A DNA stretch of 64,000 nt from Tubulanus polymorphus (taxonomy: Eukaryota; Animalia; Nemertea). Every line of letters starts with the position of its first letter. Within the stretch, counting starts at the first letter, position 1. The stretch is taken from assembly GCF_964204645.1 (NCBI RefSeq), contig NC_134028.1:18111653-18175652 (forward strand). Direction: 5' to 3'. The notes beneath the pieces are model-generated. The model was not told where the DNA came from. It worked only from the letters and a program-made list of their open reading frames with translations, and ran no database searches. Position numbers and translations under genes: made by a program. Shown in pieces: positions 52,241 through 63,800 of this stretch.

Positions 52241-52899
52241 GGAACATTAAGTTTTTTGGTCGAACAGTGTGTTATGGTCGTTTTGGAAATTTACTCGGTC
52301 TGGTATATTTTGGATTACTGTATATGTCATTTGTCAGGACATTAAACAGAAGACGACTCAGGATACTACCTTGCGTGACTCCACTAGTTAGACCGTCTCA
52401 TTCCAAGATGAGGCGTTCCGTTGATTTCGGTTACAAGTTTCCGTTCAGAGATAACTGCTGAGCCATTTGGGCGACCTATCATTGATACTGTTTCCTAATA
52501 GCCTGTTTAGTAATGGCTGATGTTGAGCCTTATCAAATGCTTTGTTGAAATCCACCGTTGAACAGGATTCTAAGACTGTGCAGAAAACCCGTTATCGCTG
52601 CTTTGCAGCTATATTTCATCTTATTTTCTTGTTCTGTAAATATATATCTCCTTGCTCACTTATCAATTATGTCACTCACTAATTTGTTTGTAATGACTTT
52701 GCTCACTCAGTTTTCTCTGATTCGTTTCACTCTGCCTATAGATATTGTTGTTTCTCCATTGACTTAACTCATTCACCTGATGAAGCTATTTTGCATAAAT
52801 AGCAAAGCTTCTATTAAACTAGTTAACAGATAAATTATTATCAAAACAACAGTTTGCGCCCAGGATATTAAGATCGATGGATCTCTTTTTTTCTTTCAG

Positions 52900-53061
52900 G
52901 GTGAAAATTCGAAGTTTTCATTACGTCTGGAAAATAATATGTATGGCACCTTTGAAGTTCTACCCTCTGAGGGGTCACGATCAACTTCTCTGAATTTGAA
53001 AGTTTTACTTCCTGAGACTCTGGACTACGAAATTCCTAAATATCGTCAACAGATTTTAAAG
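52900..53061 (+). CDS. Cadherin exon 6
   Basis: ttttctttcag|GGT...TTAAAG|gttggt; 162 nt; joins exon 5 to make DFDLGENSKF (DxDxGxN); ends ...PETLDYEIPKYRQQILK. Confidence 0.9.
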
Positions 53062-54622
53062 GTTGGTTCAATGCTCTTATATTGCATTTGATTTGTAGAA
53101 CAACAAGTTTTCAGTAGTTTATGCAATTTTAAAGAATGCATAGTAATTCTTATTCACATTGTGGGGTAGCTACAATGACCCGAGATTCCTATCACTTTGC
53201 ACCATGTGGGTGTACAATTAAGTAAGTTTCTACCCATTACTTAAACAGCATAAAAGAAGCACACTCAGACTTGGAGAAAAGATAAATAGAGTAAAAACTT
53301 GCCAAATAAGAATTTAGCAAAAAAAAGAAGCTTTTCTATCAAGAATCAAATGACACAACGCGTTGGAATCCTTCTGGAGGCCGTTGGCTTAGATATTTAA
53401 ATTATCTATTATATCAACAAATTCATGTTCTGTGCCAAATATCTGTTCTCCTTACGTCACAAACACGATACCCGATTAACTACAAGCAAAAAGCAAATTA
53501 TCATAATTAGATTTGTATGAACTCTTTGAATAGGAAAATATCTAAATTTTACCTATCCTTGGTTTTATGCAGGGATCATAATCTTCCAATTTTTAATGGA
53601 AATCCGATATTTGTCAGTTCGGGTTCTGAGATCTGTGTAAATCCATTTAGATATTTGGGGGGGGGGGGTAGGTTGTGGGTCCTTCTTGTCATGGACATAG
53701 ACAACTCAATCAGACCGTGAAAGCGTCTTGGTGGATTGGTTTTTTGTCGATCGCCGGTATATTGCGCAATAGCCTACTACGGCTATAAACATTATAACAT
53801 ATAGCATTCTTAAACAACGTGATCCACGGAAAATCTATACATGCCAGTCTATATCGGAGTTGTACTGGCTGCAGTGAAATGAGAACATTGTGGATTTATG
53901 GTACTTGAAACAGACAGAAAATACACGTGTCATAGGTGGCGCAACCAACTAGCAGCTCTGTAAATGGTGGTAAACAATGAAAATGGCTGTAAAGTACACC
54001 GCAGTGTGGTGTATTGATGTAATTAGTAATTAGTTTTTATCTCTATTGAAAAATGGCAGCACCTGTCAAACAAAATGTAATGTTAGTTAGTAACGATAAA
54101 CTGCACCGCTGTGTAGACGCACTTTAGTGGTATTCCCGTTATTCAACTCACTAGGGCAGAATTTTTCAAGATTTTTCAAATTATCTCCAGCACTATAGGG
54201 TATTGATCAGACAGCACTGAAAGGGTTAAGTGATTTTATCGTTGATTTTGTGTAGTTCAATCTAAGGCACAGTGTGCATCTAGGGCACTGCACATTTACA
54301 CAATTTGATGATACTAATTCATTCCTTAAAATTTCATGATTTTATCTCCGCTATTTTTTTTACATCCGATTATGATCCCTGTTTATGGCATGAATATATG
54401 ATGACCTACATGTACAATGTTTAGTCAGAGATTCCTCATTAACTGCATTTGCTTTCCATCACAACATCCAATTTGCTACAGATGTCCTGTTGCAGGAAGA
54501 CCCTTTAGTGACAAGTTTACCTTGCCGGACTTATTAGTTCTAAGGATAGTTCTATGTTCTACTAATGAGAATTTTCCTGAAAATTAATGATAAAAGTGTG
54601 TTTGAATGTGCCAAATGATTTT

Positions 54623-55410
54623 TAGGGCCAGCCTTAGGCTGAGCCTATTACTATACAAATGGAGTGAATTTAAAAAATGACTAGTTTCCAGAGTAAAGGC
54701 TCTTTAACTGTGCAACTGAGCATATATTTATCATATAAATCATTCATTAAAGCATTATCCATTTTCCAAATCCTATGAAGCTGAATTTTGAAAAAGGGCC
54801 TCGTTAAAATCTATATGAGCTTTTTCACGAAAATCTGAACGCAAAGATATTTGTTTTAAAGAGCCAATCAGAAAGCAAAGACTCCTCTATGATTGGCTTA
54901 GCGGCAGATATCAGCAAGGTTCACGTGAACCCATGGTATCGTCTACCGTATTACTGCCCGGTTTTTATTTTAAGATTTAAAATTATATTTCGAGATCGTT
55001 TTCTGTGAAGTGTTTAGTTGATTTTTTTTTTATGGGGGAATATTTTCATTTGCAAAGTCTAGGAAAAATAGCTTTTTCTCAAATCGGATGGATGATTTCG
55101 ATATGCTAATTAGCCATGTGCTCAAACTGCAAGTTCAATCAAATTATGTTCTGCGAAATGGTATCCAATTAAATTTTATATTATTGAACAAATAAAACAA
55201 CAAACCCAATTCAATTTTGTTTTATTGAGCAAATTTTAGAAAATTCAATTCTATTCAACATTCAAATCAATAAGACCAAGGGAAAAGATTTATCTGAGGT
55301 ATTTTTCCTGCCTGCTCCAGTCGCTGTCTGTGCTACTTATTGTTTTGTGTAGATTATAGGTTGACTCTGGGAGTTTATTTTGACAAATATATCACGCACA
55401 GAATGCATCA
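54623..55410 (+). mobile_element. HINE-like family A copy, interrupted by family F and then EnSpm
   Basis: TAGGGCCAGCCTTAGGCTGAGCCTATTACTATACAAATGG; similar to copies at 16549, 19083 and 25997. Confidence 0.65.
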
Positions 55411-55580
55411 TTGGTTTACCTTTGTCAGCGATATGAGGTTGGCATTGAGCAAATTCATGTAAAATCGCGGTACGTTTTTTTATGTGAGCATTTGTTGCAT
55501 TGGTTCTCGGCTTAAACGACGTATAATCGATGCGATTGAAGACATGGTGAACCTCCGTCGATGTACCCCTTATGATAATA

Positions 55581-55808
55581 AAGTGTACTTTAAGTGCACT
55601 TTTAAAGTGCGCTTTTGAGTGTACTCAAAGTGCACTCCAAAGCGCACTGAATTGAAACAAAGTGCACTTCAATAAAAGTGCACTTAAAGTGCACTTTTCA
55701 ATAAAAGTGCACTTTTATTGGAGTGCGCTTTGTTTCAATTCAGTGCGCTTTGGAGTGCACTTTGAGTACACTCAAAAGCGCACTTTAAAAGTACATTTTA
55801 AGTACACT
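55581..55808. repeat. Subterminal palindromic array of AAGTGCACTT motifs
   Basis: ~100-bp inverted arms built from repeated self-complementary AAGTGCACTT-like words. Confidence 0.9.
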
Positions 55809-56458
55809 ACAAATGGAATGAACTCTGAAAGTGCACTTTCATATTCCATCTTATCCATTTTATCTTATTCCAAGTGCACTTCCTTGCATGAAAATCCTTC
55901 CTGAAAACCTTAAAAAAGCCAGAATAGTCTCACGTTCGATTATGTACTACTTTCTCTATATTTTTCATATTTCAATTAACAGGTTTATTCCGACTCTTGA
56001 TGTTATTGAGTTTCTTCCGCATCGCTGCTCTAATTTTGCTTTGTTCAGCGGCAGGGAATTGTCTACTAACATAATCTGAAACAATACATCATAAGATTTT
56101 ATTAACAGGATGTTAAAACACTATACGATTTAGGCATCCCAATATTCTTCTTGCCCACCCTGAAGATGATAAATGGTGAAAGAAATCCTATAATGAAATC
56201 AAAGCTAGGGCCAAGTGAAATTCAGCAGCAGATTTCCAAATAGCTGATCACTGCAGGGTAAAATGAGGAGAGTCTGCTTCTACTAAAAACTCTGTGCAAC
56301 TATTTCTCAACACCCCTCTTCGCGATGCAGTGAAATACTTTTGTAAAAATTACCAGATTGAAATCCATCATGCATTTACATCATTATTGTGTAATGAATG
56401 AATTGCTTGGTCGCTGAATGAAAATGGGGCCCAATTTGTTGGGAGTTTGGCAAGGTTT

Positions 56459-59400
56459 ACTGTCCCTGTCTTCTTTTAGGTTCACAATTTTGCATCAAAT
56501 TTTTATTGGTTTTAATCCAAGTTTTAGGCAACTGTATAAAGTTGCTCGTTTACCAAATAGTAACTTCAGACTTACTCTCAATCGCTTGAACTTTTGTTGG
56601 TGACAGAGCTGTCTTAATTGAATGCCCAATACCCTTCAGTACGTGTGTCTGAAGACATCGCGTGCCAAATACTGCCACCATGACATCGCCAGTAAAAATA
56701 CTGTATGACTTCCGACTGCAGGAGTCAAGGGACGACTTCTTTACTAATACCCCATTCCCCAAATCGGTCATCTGCTGAAAAGGAAAGAATGAGAAAAAGT
56801 TTTTACAGGAATATTTGACAATTCGACGATGACAGCCATTTTTATTTAATCATAGCTTACCATTCCGGGACTTGGATCAATATTTGTGGTTTTTGGCTGA
56901 AAATATGAATGATGTATTTACTATTTAAAACTAGGGTTCCAGTTAAACATGCTCACGTGGGAAGTGGTTTCAAATGCTCGACAATCTGACAATTTCAATG
57001 TTCAATTCCCCTGGGGAACATATATTGAAACCAATTACCTTGAAACTCACCAAAATCATAGATTGTATCATATGCTAGCTACAATTTTGTAATTGACTGC
57101 GTTTAGACTTAACTGGGAGGAAAATATGTAGCATGACCGCGGCACGCTCAGTGACAATGACTGTGATGAGTAATTGATATTCTACTATTATAAAGTAATA
57201 AACTCAAAATGTTGAAATACAAACTTACTGTTGTGGGAAATAGGACTTTCCTATTGACAGCAGATTCTGAAGATGGTTTGAGAATCTAAAAATTATTGAA
57301 AATAACGTTAAAACATTCTAGACTCTCGTATTTGTTCTAGATTAAGGGACAAGTGTACGTACCGGCGAAAGAAAAGCTTCTTGACTGACCTAAATTACAA
57401 AGGAAAATTCATAGTTTATTATTTTTATCAACATAAAATGTAGAAATAGAGTACACAATGTAAATGTAATTTTAAAAACCTCATCATTCTGTTCATCCCT
57501 ATCTACAGGCGCAAAACTAGAAACTTGTTCATCATCATCATCGCCATTGTCATAATCACGACCACTATGATTGATAGGTCGTACATCTTTCTGAATTTTA
57601 TCTGCAAGAACGGTGAAAAATTGCATTTCTTCTCATATCAATCGATATATTCATACTATAAGATTGTGTTATTTCAAAGACTTACTTTCCTTTTGACATC
57701 CACACTCAACCGTAATGTTCAATTTGTCCCTAATAACATTAGGAAGCATTTCCATAATTCTAACTGGTAATCCTAAAAAGCAAAATGCTGATAGAAAGCA
57801 CACATCATCGTTCAAAATTATGAAATCACTAAATTAGAACCAACAATAGAAAATACTTACGTTCTTGTAAATAGAGGTTAGCCTCTATGAGCTTTTCGAT
57901 TCGTTTTTCGGCATAACCTAGTTGTTGTTTTAGGTTTTTTATCTCCTCTTCCAAAGCTATTGTATCTTTTTTTGTCTGAAATAATAATGTTGAAAATCTA
58001 TAGTAGATGCCAGGTTTCAGGGTCTATGCCTAACTGGTATGCTAAATAGGGTCCAAGGAGACCATGCCAAATTGGTAAACAGTTTGAAATGTTAAAAAAT
58101 CTGATTATTTCAAGACATCACCTTGAAAGACACCACAATGATGCCATAAGATACACTTTTGCAATCGATTGTGGTTACAAAATATGCACAGGTACCAATG
58201 TTAATTGTGTAATAATTCAATATTCTACTCTCCCCAAGCAAAAACTTGGTAATCCCAAATTCCATGAGAAGAGATGTAGGCCTATTCTATGACAGTGGTA
58301 TTTATTATCAAATATCAAGACTGTAAAATTAAAGCTCTTCCTAAAAAACCTTTTCAAAGAATAACCATCATGAATTTCAATGACAAAAAATTACAAACCA
58401 TAATGAAGCTACAGGTCTCAGAAATCCAAAAATCTGATTTCTTGGGACCGTAAAAATTTGCGTGATATCCTATAGAACTTGGATGACATCCAAGTTCTAT
58501 AGGATATCACGCAAATGTTAAGAATTACATCATGTTATGTATTTCATAGTTTCACAAAAAATACAGTCAACATCGCTCAATTTGTATCTCTAGGGGCCAC
58601 GGTTTTTTCAATGAATTAGACATTATACGGATTTTGCATAACTGCTAATCACCTGTTTGGGTCCATAAAGGACTGCCATCTTGCGTCCTACCAGCCAAAT
58701 TTTGCTGATAGGGATGTAAACATATGCCAAAGATCAAGATACTGATTGAAGTGTCTTCAAATATTTCCTTAAGAATTTTGAAATGTGTTATTAGTGCTAA
58801 TTTCAGCAAACAATTGCTGCCAGGTGGCCATCTTGATTCTGACCAAGCCAGTGTGTGTCTAGGGTATACACAAATCAAATCAAATTACATCAGATCATGC
58901 ACAAACCAAATATCAAAACAATACCTACAAGCGTCTTCAAAACCTATCAAATAAACTTATTCCATGAATCACATCTCTTACAATAAACCAAATAGCAAAG
59001 AATTGAATTTCATTGCAACTCAGTTGAAAGTGGGTCTTACCGGAGTTTCATTTTTCATTTGCTTGAACTTTTCAAGCGTCAAGTTAGCATGTTGCTTTGC
59101 TGCTGTGGTTGTCTTAACTTTCTTTCTTTTTTTCTCATTGGTGTCCTATAGTATAAATTGAGCAAAAAATTTAAACGTGAAGAAAATCAATAGGTAAATT
59201 ATTTAATTTGATTGCATACCGGTAGGCCTATATCTTCTTCTGAACTACTCCAAGTCTTGGCGATGACCTTTCTTTTAGCCGGTGTTTTATACACTATCTG
59301 GATATCACCTTCCTCAATTTGGTCCTTCAACAACTGCTCTCTTGTTAGAACCAGATCTTCTCTCCTGACTGAAAAATGCCATTATTGCTATTAAACCAGC

Positions 59401-60432
59401 CTATCCATAGTCTAGTACCTAACCGCCACTGCCGTTCCCCAACCCAGGACAGTAACAACTTCTGTTATTCAGACTAGCCTATCCAGTATCCTGGATGACT
59501 AAGTTAACCCTTTTTTTGTTAAAAACAACATGTAGCATTTAACAAGGCATCATAAAACCAAGGGTTCAATGCAGCGTTAATGCAAAAAGTAGGTTTTTTT
59601 ACGTATTGTCATTATTGCATTAAAATTAAAAACTAAATTCGACATCTATATTTGGTAAAAGTGCCAGATCCACGCCTCTCGCGATCGATGCAATCTACTG
59701 AATAACAAATATCAATATAACGGAATCCAATGCACTGATTCATTTTATGTCATCTTCACTAGAAAGTAGATTTTTACCAGGTTTTCATCTCAAGAATCTT
59801 GACGATTTTTTGATAGGACGCCATATTGGATCGTTGAGTATTTGCTGAAACGATGTGAGGGTAATCAGTACATAAAAACTAATAAAAAATGTTGTCAACT
59901 GTCACTGGGGTTAACACTGGGGTTGTCTGACAAGTTTGTTGAAATTGACAAGAAATTTTGATTTTTCTTCCTCAAATTGAGTCGTTTATGAAACGTTGTT
60001 TCAGCAAATATTCAACAATAAAACAAATCTTCACTTCAGATTTCTAAAAATCTACTTTTAAACCAATGTACTGAATTGAGGATGACATTTTGACTCTGAA
60101 ACAGTGATATTAATATAGGCCTAAGGAGGAGCGGATTTGCACTGATCTTACCGTCTGTGTGGCACTATAACCAGTTATTAGGCCTATGGCTTATATATTT
60201 GAAGTAACAATTATTTCTTTAACTCACCGGCAAATTGTAGTATTTTCGCTTTAAACTTCCCGCTGTTTTTCCCCTTTTTCCATGCGACGAGAACCTCTCG
60301 ATGAATGGGCCAATTTGAACCAATATCGTTTTTAATGTCCTCAAAGTTGATGATTGAGCTGGTTTCACCTATTTCGCAACAACATTCATCAACGAAATCG
60401 AATAATGCGTATTTCAACTTAAAAGAAGCCAT
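56459..60432 (-). CDS. Spliced accessory gene of the EnSpm element (basic patch, coiled coil, C-terminal BEN-like domain); last exon appears damaged
   Basis: Phase-consistent GT-AG exons 60432-60228, 59368-59220, 59145-59041, 57975-57861, 57772-57686, 57601-57480, 57285-57229, 56896-56861, 56771(4)-56576; out-of-phase relic LPKTWIKTNKNLMQNCEPKRR at ~56531-56459. Confidence 0.75.
59408..59476. mobile_element. 69-bp Academ-like mini element with 9-bp TSD
   Basis: GCCTATCCA|TAGTCT ... AGACTA|GCCTATCCA. Confidence 0.7.
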
Positions 60433-60887
60433 TGTGTGTATCGAACAATGACTTTTACCGGCAAATGTGAACGCCTTTTGTGTTTATTCAGAAAAGAAGC
60501 CACGCGCGAGTGTGTGAGATCAGCGCCACCCAGCAAATTCAATTCAATTAGTTATTGACTGTGTTTGTTTACAGGAAAAATCAGGGAAATGTGAGGTTTT
60601 CAAATCATTAAAAATGAGATTATACGCAACCATCCATTTCAAGATTCGCCGCAATAGCCTTCTCCGGATAAAATATGAAAAAGTTGACCGATATGTCTCA
60701 AAGTTCGCAGTTACGCGTTTTACTTATAAGTCCATATCCAACTATTACGGTTTACCACTTCCGCATCGTTTATCGAAACGTGTACTGCAAATGGCACAAA
60801 GCTATGGCACATTATTAAATAGTTTATAGTTTCTGCGAAAAACCTTACGTCGGATCCGAATCCGAAGTGCACAATCTGCGCTGTGCG

Positions 60888-63800
60888 ATGTATAAACGTT
60901 TCCTAGAGCCCCATGACAATCATGGAAGTGATGAAGATGTCACTGTATGTGATATGCCTCGTACCACTAAATGGCGAAGAAGCCAACAACAACAACAGCA
61001 GCAGCAGGAGGATGAACAGGAACATGAATCAGGTAATTTAGATTTCTTTAGTTAAGCCTAACTACTGCATGAGGTCCACTGCATTATTTAAAAAAAAAAA
61101 TATTGCCAGACTACCAGATAGGTCCAGATTTCACGAAATAGAAACTTTCAAAAAACATGTTCAAAAAATATCCAGAAATTTTCTGCCATTTGTAGTGTAC
61201 TTCGTCTAATAAACGATTATTACTAAAGTCGTTTTTTAATTTATGAGCGATAGTTCACGCTTGCATAATGCAAAAAAACCGCTCCGTGGACGCTTGGAAA
61301 CGTGGCTATGATGTCATCACCTATCCATTATCATAACAAAATGTAGGTGGCGCCACGTTACAGGCGGCAAAAGCCGTTTATCAGCATTACGCGAGCATAT
61401 GCTAGGTAAACTATCGCTGATAGATGAGAACACAGACCAATTCATGATTTATTGGTGAATGCAAATTGGTTATTGAACAAATTGATGCATAATATTAACA
61501 GATAAATTGATTATAAACAAAATGACGGACCAAAAGGCTGCGCGGAGAGCATGTGTGACAGACAGTAGTGGTAATTTTTAAATATTTTCTTGCCAACTAA
61601 GCATTCCGAACCCAAGCGTGCTACATGCTTTGGAAGGGCCTATGGTACGGAAACGATCTTGTCTGGTAACACTGAAAAGGGTCAAAAGGTTCTTGAAAAG
61701 TTGAATGATGGCTTTGTAATTTGAAATACGCTAAGGGAAATGGACATTTTGCCAAACTGTTTGGGGATATTTCTCTTAAACTTTGTCTGTGCTTAGTACA
61801 AGACATGAATTCAGTGAAGTTAAAATGTTGCTTTATTCTCAAATTGCTTTAATTTATTTTTTTATAGAAAAAAGTCCTTCCTCATCCTTGCAACAACTGA
61901 CACAATCATCTTCTGAGGCTGTTCAAGATGAAGAATGTCAAGAAGAACCATCAATATCCTGTGATGTTGATAATGAATGTAATGCATTTTCAAGTGATCA
62001 ATGTGTAAGTCAGCACTACTTTACATTCGAGATGCTTCTATTTGTGATTTAAAGTATCAATACTTGTAAGTTATAAATGTGTTACCTTTTTATTATACTT
62101 TTTCAGAAAATGATGCCCGAGATTGGTGAAATATTCCATGTGATCGAAGAGTTACAAAATCATGATAATTATGCAGAGCAAAATCGAGAGTTTGGTGTAA
62201 GTTTAGTGATAATATGTACATAGGCCGACAGTACTAAGATTTTAGTAGCAATTACAGTCAACACCAAATTTTCTAATGAAATCTCACGATTTGAACTTTT
62301 AAAATTAATGCGACTTATGTGAAAATGCAACTTATATACATAGTATAGTTTTATAAGGTATAAAGAAGAAAAAAATAGATCAAAATAATTATACGAATCA
62401 TGTTACGACAAATTCCATGACGGCTTAAGCGGGGCTGACTGTGTAGTGTTGTGGTAATTGTTACATATAAAGTAAGGGTGAAAATGCCCATTCTTGTGAT
62501 ATTGGCCTCTGTTAACTGGAACACCCTTTTTGTAATCAAGCAATAGATGGTGGGATTATATTGACTGGTCTTTATTTATTGTAAAAAGTAGAAATATTAA
62601 ACTTGAAAATGAAATAAGAACATTATGATTTCTTTTGATTTAGCTTGATGAAAATCCAGTGATTGATCAGCCTGTTGTAAATCCAATTAATGATGAAAAC
62701 CTTGAGGTATGTGATTATCGACCATTTTCTCGAACTGATAAAGTGCCCAACTACAATGATTTAATTCTTTTTTTTTTTCATTTTTATAGAATGGGGAGTT
62801 TGATATGCCTCTCTACAAGGGAGCGAGCATAACAGTCGGCGAATCGGCGCTACTAATACTTTCATACACGTTACGGCATAAGATATCCGGTGTTGGTCTT
62901 CGTGACCTTTTGTTACTAATTCAAAATTTGTTGCCTGAGCGATGTAACATTACGTGGACTAAGTTTCTGTTTTTGAAGCAGTTTCAACGAGCGCTTAATC
63001 TGCAAGAACTATGCGAAGTTCATTTCTTCTGCGGGCAGTGTAGCCAATATATAGGACCACAAGGTGTGGACACCGGCGAAATTTGTGACCAGTGTGGAAC
63101 TACTTTTAATGAGGATGATTCCCTTAAGTCGGGTAATTTTTACATATATCTTCCCCTTGCGACGCAGTTGAGAGAACTTTTTATTGAAGAAAACTTGATG
63201 GACGAAGTTTTACGTTATAAAGCTGAACACACTAACAATGAAAATTATTGTGATCTAATTGATGGAGATACCTGTTCTCCAAACAATACCTGTTCTCCAT
63301 CAGTTAGATAGCATTTCTTTACTATGGAATGCAGATGGTGTTCCAATTTTCAAATCTAGTAAATTTAGTATTTGGCCTATTCAGTGTACAATCAATGAAC
63401 TCCCTCCTAAGATACAGAAAAAACATGTTTTATTGTATGGTCTTTGGTTTGGCACTGAAAAACCAGTAATGAATGGAAATTTCTTAAAACGTTTTGTTGA
63501 TGAAAGTATTTCATTGGAGACAGAAGGTCTTGATTGGGTTGACCAAAATGGTAGAAATCACAATACTAAAATTGTAAATCTTCTCTGTTCCTGTGATTCG
63601 CCTGCCAGAGCAATGCTGCAGAATTTTAAGCAGTATAATGGTTTTTACGGTTACCCATACTGCCTTCATGAAGGGGAACGCGCAGTAGATAATGGCAATG
63701 CCAGAATTTACCCACTTAACTACCCGCTGCCCCCTTTATGTTATCCACTTGATACAGTTGCCCATGCGACGGAAGCAATCGAATCTGGCCGTGCAGTGTT

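Larger units (their letters stand above)
48212..52616 (+). mobile_element. Second HINE-like family C composite with expanded 31-bp array
   Basis: Same 5' hairpin, 5' ~550 bp and 3' ~300 bp as 24366-30259. Confidence 0.75.

Noticed and set aside
49011-52250. Many overlapping ORFs (VLSPATIHYFGFIARDNS...) and a CRISPR-like periodic look
   Set aside because: These are translations of a 31-bp tandem repeat; units are contiguous with no unique spacers, no cas genes, and the context is eukaryotic
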